Made by a program: the position numbers and the translations under genes. A stretch of 64,000 bases of DNA. Origin: a virus (lineage: Duplodnaviria; Caudoviricetes). Numbering within the stretch: position 1 is the stretch's first letter; each line of letters opens with the position of its first letter. Of the stretch, positions 45,726 through 54,383 are shown one piece after another. The notes under the pieces are model-generated. The model ran no database searches and was not told where the DNA came from. It was given only the letters and a program-made list of their open reading frames with translations. The stretch spans positions 175,692 through 239,691 of IMG/VR virus record IMGVR_UViG_3300020576_002947; one strand, written 5' to 3'.

Positions 45726-46016
45726 ATGAGTACCATATCTCCAACCGAATATCATATTGTGGTAAAGAAGTTTGGTGATCTGTGTTATGCAGAAGCACCT
45801 CATCTAAATAATAAGGATATTATAGGGGTTGGTGCAACAAAAGAGGAGGCAAAAGCTGACATATTGGCCCAAATACCTATCTATATTAGACTTTGTGAAT
45901 CTAAAGGCATCCAATATGGACTACCTTTACACCTAAGACCTGAAGAACAGATGAGTGCTGAAGACCTAGACTCAAATGCTGATGAGTTTTGGGGTGATCA
46001 TTTCAACGATGAGTAG
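45726..46016 (+). CDS. HicB-like antitoxin domain protein
   Basis: YAEAPHL...IGVGATKEEAKADI..I..YI. Confidence 0.65.
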   Translation: MSTISPTEYHIVVKKFGDLCYAEAPHLNNKDIIGVGATKEEAKADILAQIPIYIRLCESKGIQYGLPLHLRPEEQMSAEDLDSNADEFWGDHFNDE

Positions 46017-46060
46017 GATAAACCAAAAATAGGTTTGACTGTCTCGTAGTCAGAAAGGTT

Positions 46061-46675
46061 ATGGAAAACTTTGATGATTTTTATTATTCAAATAAAAGTG
46101 TTTTAAGGAGCATTGCCCTTAAAGTATGGAATAAACTTCCTTCAACAGTACAGAACTTTGATAAAGCAGTCGATTTTGATGATTACTTTCAAAGATGTTT
46201 AATAAGTCTTAGTAAAGCAGATATCAAATCGGACTCTGAAACTAGTCTAGGCTATTGGAAGACTACTTGTATCACTAAGATTATCGATCTAGTTAGAAAG
46301 AACAAACGACAGCACGAAAAAGATCTTGAATTATTCGATGCGGTTAAACTTAGTAATCCTGCTATTTACCCGATTGTGGATTTAGAGGATTCAAATGACA
46401 AGGATTTCAAGAACTTGCTAAAAGAGAACTACTTTACATTGTTAAGAAAGCAACCAGTAGATGACTCTCTTTCTTGTAAAATAGAAGAAGCGTTAAACTC
46501 TTTAAAAAGTCAGAACAAGACTCTATATGATACACTAATAAGTTATCTTGATAATGAGTTCTACTCTACACCATCAGACCTTAATCCAACAACAAAAAAG
46601 GTCAGAGTGTTTAGAGCTAAAAAACTTCTAAGAGATTGTTATGAAATGCAAGAGAAACTTGTATATTCTAAATAG
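46061..46675 (+). CDS. second, more divergent sigma factor-like protein
   Basis: DDYFQRCLISL, KIIDLVRK, IEEALNSL, TKKVRVFRAKKLLR. Confidence 0.65.
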   Translation: MENFDDFYYSNKSVLRSIALKVWNKLPSTVQNFDKAVDFDDYFQRCLISLSKADIKSDSETSLGYWKTTCITKIIDLVRKNKRQHEKDLELFDAVKLSNPAIYPIVDLEDSNDKDFKNLLKENYFTLLRKQPVDDSLSCKIEEALNSLKSQNKTLYDTLISYLDNEFYSTPSDLNPTTKKVRVFRAKKLLRDCYEMQEKLVYSK

Positions 46676-46684
46676 ATGGTACTT

Positions 46685-46733
46685 GGGCGGTTAGCTCAGT
46701 AAATAGCAAGTACAAATCCTCGGGTGGCGCCCA
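46685..46733 (+). pseudogene. decayed tRNA (Val-like 5' end)
   Basis: gggcggttagctcagt ... tacaaatcct ... cgccca. Confidence 0.45.
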
Positions 46734-46764
46734 GTCCGGCCAAAGGTACCTTATAAAAAAATAT

Positions 46765-46841
46765 CCTCCCATAGCTCAACGGTAGAGCAGTGCTGTTACA
46801 TAGCAAAGGTTAGTCGAGTTCAAATCTCCTTGGGAGGACCA
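46765..46841 (+). tRNA. trnV: tRNA-Val (TAC), imperfect T stem, possibly pseudo
   Basis: cctccca/tgggagg acceptor, gctc/gagc D arm, tgct-gtTACat-agca, gttcaaatc, ACCA. Confidence 0.6.
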
Positions 46842-46844
46842 AAC

Positions 46845-47063
46845 TTATTCTTCGTATCCTTTAAAGGATCTAAGATATCTATTTCTCTTAGTATCTTTCT
46901 TCTGCTTTGATGTAAAAGTATCAGTTTGTGTATGACAATTGGGGCATAATAGACGTAAGTTTTCTGGAAAGTTATTATCGGAATTACCGTCTATATGATC
47001 TAGTTGCAAGATTAAAGGCAACTCATTCCAAATAGTATTCTGACCACAGATTGAACAACATTC
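46845..47063 (-). pseudogene. 5'-truncated HNH endonuclease remnant (not in ORF track)
   Basis: Translates ECCSICGQNTIWNELPLILQLDHIDGNSDNNFPENLRLLCPNCHTQTDTF...YEE*; no upstream start; paralog of 49055-49675. Confidence 0.85.
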
Positions 47064-47189
47064 CTGATTATAATAGTTTTTAATTATGGATTAGAATATA
47101 ATGATGAAGGTACTTTAATTTATAGAGACCATGCATTTATTACTGAGCACAGTTCTTCTGGTAATGGTGGTGAGAAACTTGTTTGTGTA

Positions 47190-47432
47190 ATGCCTTTGAA
47201 TAGTGATAATCTTAACATAGATCCACCAGCTTATCTTGTTAAGCTTCACGAGCTTCTCCTACCCTTCATTTTGGAGTACATTGTTAGCTCTAAAAAGGAA
47301 ATTGAAGATTTCTCACAAAAAGTGGAGAAAGAAGAAAAGGAAGCACGTATTCATGACATTGATATTAAACTTAAAGAAGCTAAAGCAATAGTAAAAAGGC
47401 TTCAGAAAGAACTTAATCAAGCTCAGGCTTAG
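47190..47432 (+). CDS. hypothetical coiled-coil protein, possibly 5'-truncated
   Basis: Frame stays open upstream to about the HNH remnant junction. Confidence 0.55.
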   Translation: MPLNSDNLNIDPPAYLVKLHELLLPFILEYIVSSKKEIEDFSQKVEKEEKEARIHDIDIKLKEAKAIVKRLQKELNQAQA

Positions 47433-47483
47433 ACTATAACAAACAACGTGCCCGGATGGCGGAATGGCAGACGCAGCGGACTT

Positions 47484-48215
47484 TTAAAATTCTACACATT
47501 TTGCACTAATTAACTGAGTCTACCTATTACATTATAGGTATGGAACAGTTGATATGCAAAGTATGTGGAAGCCCTAGAAAGAAAGGTAGGCGCTTATGCA
47601 GTAAATGCAACAGCGATAGAATGGCTCAATATCCCAGATATACTTGGGAGAAAGAATGTGTGGCTTGTAAAGAGGTTTTCTCGGCTCTTAGAAAACGATC
47701 TATTCTATGTCCTGATTGTTATAAACAGTCTAGGAAAAAAGAGGACTTGTCCTCAAATAACTACGTACCAGGGAAACCTAATAAACGTGGTCATAGAATA
47801 ATCGCAGAAAAGATCTTGGGAAGAATCTTAAGCTATAACGAAGTTGTTCACCACCTAAATGAAGATCCAAAAGATAACTCTGTAGACAACCTTTGGGTAA
47901 TGTCAAGGAGAGATCATGCAAGACTTCATTCTTTTCTAGAGTTACAAAGAGTCATATGGGAGAAATCCTATACGGAGAAGAGTGTAAATTGCTGGAATAT
48001 CGTTAGAGTCTTGCAAACTACAGCATGGTTGGAAACAACGGGTGCGAAAGTTCTAAAATTGCAAGAATTCGACAATCAGCAGCCAAGCCCCTAAGGAGAA
48101 ATCTATGGGGAAGGTTCAGAGACTATACACACTCAACCCAAACGTGTAATGACGTGGGTTATGATATAGTCCAGCGCACAACTTGCAAGAGGATCGTGAA
48201 AGCGATAGTGTGATG
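47484..48215 (+). mobile_element. group I intron (732 nt) carrying an HNH endonuclease ORF
   Basis: P1 gactt/gagtc with U-G at splice site; aattgctggaa, aatcagcagcc, gttcagagactatac, atgatatagtcc; terminal G. Confidence 0.92.
47540..48094 (+). CDS. intron-encoded HNH homing endonuclease
   Basis: CxxC Zn motifs; HRIIAEKILGR..EVVHHLNEDPKDNSVDNLWVM..H; C-terminus reads into intron core. Confidence 0.9.
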   Translation: MEQLICKVCGSPRKKGRRLCSKCNSDRMAQYPRYTWEKECVACKEVFSALRKRSILCPDCYKQSRKKEDLSSNNYVPGKPNKRGHRIIAEKILGRILSYNEVVHHLNEDPKDNSVDNLWVMSRRDHARLHSFLELQRVIWEKSYTEKSVNCWNIVRVLQTTAWLETTGAKVLKLQEFDNQQPSP

Positions 48216-48285
48216 AAACTCCGCAGCCACTTGTGGCATGGGGGTTCGAGTCCCCCTCTGGGCACCACAACTTTAAGGAGAAACA

Positions 48286-48807
48286 ATGACTGATCCTCAA
48301 TTTCAGGAAATTCAGCAAAGACTTAATGCCCTAACAAACTTAGTTACTTCTCTTGTAGCTGTCAATCCATTTCTATCGGGTGCTACAACAGTCTCCCAAC
48401 TGGTAAATAATGAGATTACCGTAAGTACACATTTAGAACTTCCAATAGGTACCTTGTTTACCAAGGTTCTTGAAAAAGAGAAGGTCTCACTTAAACCAGG
48501 ATTTGTTAGGGATCTATCTGTTGCAGTAGCTACTGACCATGATCTTCTCTATATTAAGCTTACCGATACTATTTGCTTAGTGTGGAATAAGAGGTGGTTA
48601 ACACAAATTGCTTATAAAGATTTAGATAGCACAACTTTTTCCTTTATCAGACCAGACAATATTTGTCTTGTAAGATCTAGTGAGAACAATGAAATTCCTA
48701 GAGTCCCTGAAGAAGTGTACCAAAATCTCTTTAAAGCTCTTATGGTCTTCTTTAAAGAAACTGGAAGAAACTATACAGAGGCTATTCCCTCTTATGAGAT
48801 TTCTTAG
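48286..48807 (+). CDS. hypothetical protein
   Basis: AAGGAG SD, 173 aa. Confidence 0.75.
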   Translation: MTDPQFQEIQQRLNALTNLVTSLVAVNPFLSGATTVSQLVNNEITVSTHLELPIGTLFTKVLEKEKVSLKPGFVRDLSVAVATDHDLLYIKLTDTICLVWNKRWLTQIAYKDLDSTTFSFIRPDNICLVRSSENNEIPRVPEEVYQNLFKALMVFFKETGRNYTEAIPSYEIS

Positions 48808-49014
48808 ATGAGTAGTATGTCTATAGTATTATTTAATAAGGAACAGATCATGTCAAAAAACACAGACAATCTTGTTAAAGAAATTCAAACTGAAATTAAG
48901 TCTTGTGGTTGGAAAGAAGAAGTAGACTCTAAAAGAGGTCCATCTAGTCACCAAATGTTAATAGTTCCTGTTTAAAGTAGTTTTTTCCTTGTTATTTATT
49001 AGCTAAAAAAAATT

Positions 49015-49040
49015 TGCCTCTTCGTCTAAGGGTAGGACAC
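49015..49040 (+). pseudogene. 5' half of split outer tRNA (Gln-like)
   Basis: tgcctct-tc-gtc-taagggtag-gac; acceptor strand pairs with agaggca at 49717-49723. Confidence 0.75.
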
Positions 49041-49048
49041 AAAGTTGT

Positions 49049-49119
49049 TGCCTCTTAGTGAAATGGTACCACGCCTGCCTTTGGTGCAGGAGTTTCAGGT
49101 TCGAGTCCTGGAGAGGCAA
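49049..49119 (+). tRNA. trnQ: tRNA-Gln (TTG), nested, no encoded CCA
   Basis: tgcctct/agaggca, gtg/cac D arm, cctgc-ctTTGgt-gcagg, tcagg-ttcgagt-cctgg. Confidence 0.85.
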
Positions 49120-49675
49120 CAACTTTAACCTTTCTTTTAGTATTCTTACCACAGAAAGTATCAGTTTGGCTATGACAGTTAGGACATAAAAGCTCCAAAT
49201 TCTCTAGGCGATTATCTGTCTTAATACCATTCTTATGCTCCAACTGTAATACAAGAGGCTTATCTCTCCAAATAGGGTCAGTACCACACCCTGCACATTG
49301 ATTTAGCAATAGACCTTCTTTAAGTAAGCGTCTTTTCAGATAACCTCTGCTAGTTTGAGGTCTATCTATAACTAGTAGTTCTTCTATTGGAATAGGCTCT
49401 TTCTTTATTAGAATCAAATCTCCTCTTTTAGTAGCTTTTTCAATGGACCTTTTGGAAATGCCACAAGATGTAGCAGTAGTTCTAATAGATTGAAGATCGT
49501 TATAAATACTTTGAATTTCGCACCAATTAAGAACTTTTGCGACAGGCCTACTTAGTACATCTTTAGATGTACAAATCCAAGCTATTGTAGATTTAGGTAT
49601 CTTAGTAATATGGGAAATCTTCCCATAACTCTTTCCCTCTTTCCTCAGCTTAAGAACTACATCTCTACTATGCAT
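49055..49675 (-). CDS. HTH-HNH endonuclease, antisense to tRNAs
   Basis: Start MHSRDVV; HTH GKSYGKIS..IPKSTI; CAGCG..LQLEHKNG..DNRLENLELLCPNCHSQT; C-terminus reads antisense through tRNA-Gln. Confidence 0.9.
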   Translation of the reverse strand: MHSRDVVLKLRKEGKSYGKISHITKIPKSTIAWICTSKDVLSRPVAKVLNWCEIQSIYNDLQSIRTTATSCGISKRSIEKATKRGDLILIKKEPIPIEELLVIDRPQTSRGYLKRRLLKEGLLLNQCAGCGTDPIWRDKPLVLQLEHKNGIKTDNRLENLELLCPNCHSQTDTFCGKNTKRKVKVVASPGLEPETPAPKAGVVPFH

Positions 49676-49693
49676 TACTGTACTAATAATGTA

Positions 49694-49727
49694 AGGGGTC
49701 GGGGTTCGAGTCCCTGAGAGGCAGCCA
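49694..49727 (+). pseudogene. 3' half of split outer tRNA (Gln-like)
   Basis: cgggg-ttcgagt-ccctg-agaggca-g-CCA. Confidence 0.8.
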
Positions 49728-49744
49728 ATTCTTGAGAAGTTGAA

Positions 49745-50077
49745 ATGTGTAAAGAAAACCATCTTCGACCAATTTACTCTTTTGGTGTATTTATGACCAG
49801 GTGTAGAATAGGAGCTGACTTATCATTCAATGAGTTGGTTGAAAAACTATCTATACCTTTTGAAGATCTTCGTCAGTATGAACAAGGAGAAGTTCATGGT
49901 TTGGATAGAAGTTTTATCAATATTTGGAGTAAGTCTGTTAACAAAGATCCTGAGCAAGTTTGGGATAGGCACTTGAGCTGTATTAACGCTCATAACATTG
50001 CAAAAGGTTGGTATGTTGAAATACAGCTACCAAAACTACCTTTCCATTATGATGTTTTACCAGGAGATCCTGTCTAG
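49745..50077 (+). CDS. XRE-family HTH protein
   Basis: R..ADLSFNELVEKLSI....LRQYEQG. Confidence 0.7.
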   Translation: MCKENHLRPIYSFGVFMTRCRIGADLSFNELVEKLSIPFEDLRQYEQGEVHGLDRSFINIWSKSVNKDPEQVWDRHLSCINAHNIAKGWYVEIQLPKLPFHYDVLPGDPV

Positions 50078-50080
50078 TAA

Positions 50081-50496
50081 ATGCTTAGTATAATTTTTAA
50101 ATCACTTATGTTTGGTTTGATTGAAGCTATGATAATAGTTCAGTTGAATCTTTTAATAAAAGCAGGGCAGAATGCTGCAGGAGTAATCTGTTTCTCTTTC
50201 TTTCTACACACAGTCTTTCTAATATTTTTCAGTATATGGCTTGACAAAAACAGTTTGTTAGAATAATGACAAGAGAGCTTTTTTGGTTTTGTTGTGCTTC
50301 ACTTTTATTTGTAATATCATATGTATTCCATTTACTCTTCAAGAAAGAGGATAAAAAAGAATATATTGTTGTAAAAAAGTATACTTATGATTTTTTAAGA
50401 AACGCGTTTATGTATTTTGGCTTTAGTATAGTAGTTCTTTTAACTATTCATATCTTATTCAAATATAGTATGTACTTTGAGTCAATGTTCAAATGA
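50081..50496 (+). CDS. two small membrane proteins
   Basis: 50081-50266 and 50266-50496, hydrophobic. Confidence 0.65.
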
Positions 50497-51162
50497 CCTA
50501 TGAAGAATTTGAATCCCTAAAAGTTGGTGATGTTGTCAGAGTTGTTCCTAACAAAGGCTGTGCATACAATCCTGATATGCAGATCTTTATTACAAGAGAT
50601 AAAAAAAGTACCTATGCTAGATTTGTAGGTAGAGATAACGTAAATCTTGAAAACAATAGAATATATAATCTAAATGGACATCGCTTTTATGAAAGAGTAT
50701 TACCAGTTTGTATTTAAAAAAACCGATGACACGAACTGAATTCAATTCTTTACAAGTTGGTGATGTAGTAAAAGTTATAGCTACTAAAGACTGTGGCTAT
50801 TCGCATGGAACTGAGATAGTTATTACAAGACTACGTCTTCATAGTGATGATTGTATTAGTGGTATAAATGCAGTAAATCCTTGTGATATGATTGCATATC
50901 GTCTTTATAATCCTAATTTTTATTCTCGACTAGACAAAGTTTGTATATGACAGTTCAACAGTGGGATTCCCTAAAAATTGGAGATACTGTTACTGGAATT
51001 AAAACAAAAAGAGAGTATAGAATCTTAGGTAAAGACCTAAGAGAGTATAGAAGTAAGTATGGTCCAACATACTCTTACTTATCTATAGATGGTCGTGGTT
51101 ATTGTATACTATTAACACCATCATTTTATGAGCTAAAAATAGAAGATCTTGTCTGTATTTAA
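50493..51162 (+). CDS. three tandem ~70-aa SH3/KOW-like paralogs ending in VCI (50493-50717, 50726-50950, 50947-51162)
   Basis: MT..EF.SL.VGD.V pattern; C-termini PVCI, KVCI, LVCI. Confidence 0.8.
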
Positions 51163-51180
51163 TCAAAACACCACCCCCAC

Positions 51181-51516
51181 ATGAAGCAACATTGGTCAAC
51201 AATTGCGGGCCTAACGGCATTATCTTTCCCAATTGTTATTAAACTTTTTTTAAAACAGCCTCATCTCGTTACAGCTTTATCTATTATTCCTGTTATGCAG
51301 TATATGGAAAAGCATTGGAAGATTACACCCCTGCTTTCAAAGGTGCTGGGAATTTTGCTTTTCTCAGGCTTCATGATTTTGTCTTGGATCTGTGCAGAAA
51401 TTGTGGTATTTTTCTGCGCTATTGCTTTCGCACAAGAAGCTATTCATTGGGCTAGCGTTATTAGAACTAATTGGAAGAAGCATTATACAAAACCACAGCC
51501 TGTCCAGGTAGCATGA
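51181..51516 (+). CDS. membrane protein
   Basis: Hydrophobic segments. Confidence 0.65.
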   Translation: MKQHWSTIAGLTALSFPIVIKLFLKQPHLVTALSIIPVMQYMEKHWKITPLLSKVLGILLFSGFMILSWICAEIVVFFCAIAFAQEAIHWASVIRTNWKKHYTKPQPVQVA

Positions 51517-51635
51517 CGACTTTTACTGAAAAAGACTTAGACTTTTTTATTGAAACTGAACAAAACGTTCTAATCAAAGGAAAGAAGGGTGTTGGTAAAA
51601 CACACCTAATCTTAGCTGCTTTTAAGAGAAATTGA
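51513..51635 (+). pseudogene. truncated AAA (MoxR-like) ATPase fragment
   Basis: MTTFTEKDLDFFIETEQNVLIKGKKGVGKTHLILAAFKRN*: Walker A then stop. Confidence 0.6.
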
Positions 51636-51708
51636 ACAACCTAGCAACTTAAGAGCTATCCCAAAGACCTGTAATATCTATGATCTAAGCAAGTTTGAAT
51701 GAGTCTCT

Positions 51709-52368
51709 ATGAAACCCATCACCACAACAGAAGAGCTTATTGAATTTACAGCATTCCATGGAATTCCTTTCAAGAGTGATGTTGCTATGGATTCATTAAT
51801 GGATAGAATTAAGAATCTTAATGATCCAAGAAGAAAGTATCATACTTGGGATCATATTGAAACTTTTATCACGAGTTTTGGCGCTATTAAGGATATTAAT
51901 CAAAGGAAGGAGTATTTCTTAGGTGCTGTATTTCATGACAGTATTATGGAATACAGACCTGATGATGTTGAAAGGTCATTAGTTAACTTTAACGAATGGT
52001 GGTCTTTATATAGACAAACAGAACCATCTGTTGATCCATCAATGATCAGAAACTTTATTAATAATAGTACTGACTATTCAGCATGTGAAATTGATATCAA
52101 AGCAAGAAACGAAGTTTTATTTGCTATGGATGACTTATCTATTTTAAGCTCTGATAAAGATACTTATAATCTTTATGTAGTAAACATTCTTAAAGAAATC
52201 CAGAACTTTACTCAACTAAGTATAAGTGAAATTCTTACAGCAAGAATAAATTTCCTTTCAAATCTACTGCTAAATGCAAACTATTCACTGATTCTATCTG
52301 TACCTAAATTTCAAACAAATGTGAAGAACGAGATTATCTTTTTGAATGCAATGAAAGGAGGCTTTTAG
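51709..52368 (+). CDS. HD-superfamily phosphohydrolase
   Basis: RKYHTWDHI, AVFHDSI, DDLSIL motifs. Confidence 0.8.
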   Translation: MKPITTTEELIEFTAFHGIPFKSDVAMDSLMDRIKNLNDPRRKYHTWDHIETFITSFGAIKDINQRKEYFLGAVFHDSIMEYRPDDVERSLVNFNEWWSLYRQTEPSVDPSMIRNFINNSTDYSACEIDIKARNEVLFAMDDLSILSSDKDTYNLYVVNILKEIQNFTQLSISEILTARINFLSNLLLNANYSLILSVPKFQTNVKNEIIFLNAMKGGF

Positions 52369-52372
52369 TAAC

Positions 52373-52747
52373 ATGACACAAGAACTAGCTAATATTATCA
52401 CAAGTGGTATCTTTATTGTTATATTTTGTGCAGCAGCATATTGGGATAGTGTTAAAAATGATACTTCACCATTATCAGTTGTTTCTAGTATTGCTGCTGT
52501 TATTTGTTTTATATGGTTTTTTATTTCCGTAATTTGCTTGATTTCTACATTACCTTCAGCTAAGCCAAGTAAACCCACTGCTTATACTACTAAAGAACAA
52601 GATCTGATTAAAAAAGAATCTGAGTTTAATAAGCAGGTACTCGAGCTACTTGAAGTAACCCACGATCAAAAGACACGAGATGCTATTTTTCTTGTTGTAA
52701 AGCTTAATAACAAAGTTAATTATTATAGAAAGCTAGGAAGAAATTAA
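52373..52747 (+). CDS. membrane protein
   Basis: Two TM segments. Confidence 0.65.
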   Translation: MTQELANIITSGIFIVIFCAAAYWDSVKNDTSPLSVVSSIAAVICFIWFFISVICLISTLPSAKPSKPTAYTTKEQDLIKKESEFNKQVLELLEVTHDQKTRDAIFLVVKLNNKVNYYRKLGRN

Positions 52748-52860
52748 ATGCCAAAAGAACTTTTGGCTATCTGTGCTCATCCAATAGGTGGTCCTATTGT
52801 TATCTTTTTCTTTGTTTGGGGAGTTCTTAATATATTTGATAATAGAAGGAAGTCTAACTA

Positions 52861-54381
52861 ATGGGACTTTTTGGATTTGTTAAAGACGTTCTAGTAGATG
52901 GACTTGGAGGGTCTAATGTCGTATGGGCTATTGGTTCTCAAGCTATTAAATCAAAACTTCCACAATGGAAAGAAATGGGCTATGAAGAAAAGCCTAAGTT
53001 TGGAATTCTTAAAGGTCTTAACCAGTTTTATTATGATCTTCCAGTAATTAATCAACCTAGATCAGTACCTGCTAAAATTGAACTGCACGAAGCTAAAAGA
53101 GCTGGCACTCATCTTGACTTTAGATTTAAAGTAGATGGCCGTGTTTATGATTTTGCTGTTGTTAAAACAGACATTTTCCCAGAAAAGACTGGTATCGTAC
53201 AGAGAGTTGTAAGAAGACATAACCACTCTCTTAAGTATTTTGATAAGGAATCTTTTGTCTTCCCAGAAGGATCATATGGAGAAGGCAAGATGAAAACTAT
53301 CTGGAGAGGTGATATTGATATCATCGAAATGTCACCAGAAAAGATGGAATTCAGTATCAATGAAGGTAAATTCCAGGGTCGTTATTGTATCTTTACTGAA
53401 AAGTCTCCCATTCTTAATGAGGCTGCAGGAATGATACGTATGAAAGACCCTGTTTTGATTCATAAAGACAGATCTAAATTCTCATCTGATCCAAAGAAGC
53501 TTGAAGTTGCTTATGGAGACCCTGATACTATTTCTGAGTGGAAAGTTGATGGAGCTAACTATACTCTAAGATCTGGTGATAAACCAGGAACTAATCAATT
53601 GATTAGTAGAAGACTTTCAGTAACAGGAGAACCAATTAACCAGGTGGATAAGCTTCCTAGCCTGAAGTTTTATAAGATTCCTGATAAATTTAAAAACAGA
53701 GCTATCCATGGAGAAGTATCCACAACCTACGAAAATGTTGCTAAGACAGCAGGAACCTTAAACAGTAATTCAACTAGATCTAGAAACCTTCAAAGTACTG
53801 GAAAGTATGGTGATAGGCTTGTTTTCAATGTTTGGGATATTGAAGGAGAGGGTACATATGAAGAACGTAGTCTCGAACTTCGTGAATTAGCTAAAAGCTC
53901 TCCTAGAATTGATAATAGATATTTTGGTGACAGAAGAGACCAGTTCTGGTTTAGAAGAATCACAAACCCACGAGTTATTGCTCCTGTTGCAAACAACAGA
54001 GACCTAAAATGCTCTCCTAAGGAATTTACTGATTTGGTTAAGCAAGTAGGAGGAGAAGGAACTGTTCTTAAGAACCTTAAAGCTAAATACTATGAAGATA
54101 CTTGGCTAAAAGATAAAGCTTCTGACACACACACTCTTAAGATTATTAATTTTAAAGAAGGTAATGAGAAGTATACTGGAAGTCTAGGCGCTCTTATTGT
54201 TGAATCAGATGATGGTACTATCAAAGGTACCGTTGGAACAGGATTCAGTGACGAACTTAGACAGAATATCTGGGATAACAGAGAAGATTTAAAAGGTTCT
54301 TATATTGAAGCAGAGTGTCATGAAGTGACAGAAAATGGTGTTCTAAGAGGACCCAGATTTAAAGAATTCAGTCGGGGTTAA
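52861..54381 (+). CDS. ATP-dependent DNA ligase with N-terminal LigD 3'-phosphoesterase domain
   Basis: HEAKRAGTHLDFRF..HSLKY..EGSYGEG (PE); EWKVDG, HGE, FNVWD, EGTVLK, WLKDK; OB fold VGTGFSDE..LRGPRF. Confidence 0.9.
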   Translation: MGLFGFVKDVLVDGLGGSNVVWAIGSQAIKSKLPQWKEMGYEEKPKFGILKGLNQFYYDLPVINQPRSVPAKIELHEAKRAGTHLDFRFKVDGRVYDFAVVKTDIFPEKTGIVQRVVRRHNHSLKYFDKESFVFPEGSYGEGKMKTIWRGDIDIIEMSPEKMEFSINEGKFQGRYCIFTEKSPILNEAAGMIRMKDPVLIHKDRSKFSSDPKKLEVAYGDPDTISEWKVDGANYTLRSGDKPGTNQLISRRLSVTGEPINQVDKLPSLKFYKIPDKFKNRAIHGEVSTTYENVAKTAGTLNSNSTRSRNLQSTGKYGDRLVFNVWDIEGEGTYEERSLELRELAKSSPRIDNRYFGDRRDQFWFRRITNPRVIAPVANNRDLKCSPKEFTDLVKQVGGEGTVLKNLKAKYYEDTWLKDKASDTHTLKIINFKEGNEKYTGSLGALIVESDDGTIKGTVGTGFSDELRQNIWDNREDLKGSYIEAECHEVTENGVLRGPRFKEFSRG

Positions 54382-54383
54382 TT

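Larger units (their letters stand above)
47450..48267 (+). tRNA. trnL: tRNA-Leu (TAA) with group I intron; exons 47450-47483 and 48216-48267
   Basis: gcccggatggcggaatggcagacgca-gcgga-ctT | AAac-tccgc, long variable arm, gggggttcgagtccccc, tctgggcACCA. Confidence 0.92.

Noticed and set aside
49041-49693. Group I or II intron explaining the split tRNAs at 49015 and 61569
   Set aside because: No P7 or domain V elements seen; the inserts are almost entirely antisense HNH coding sequence
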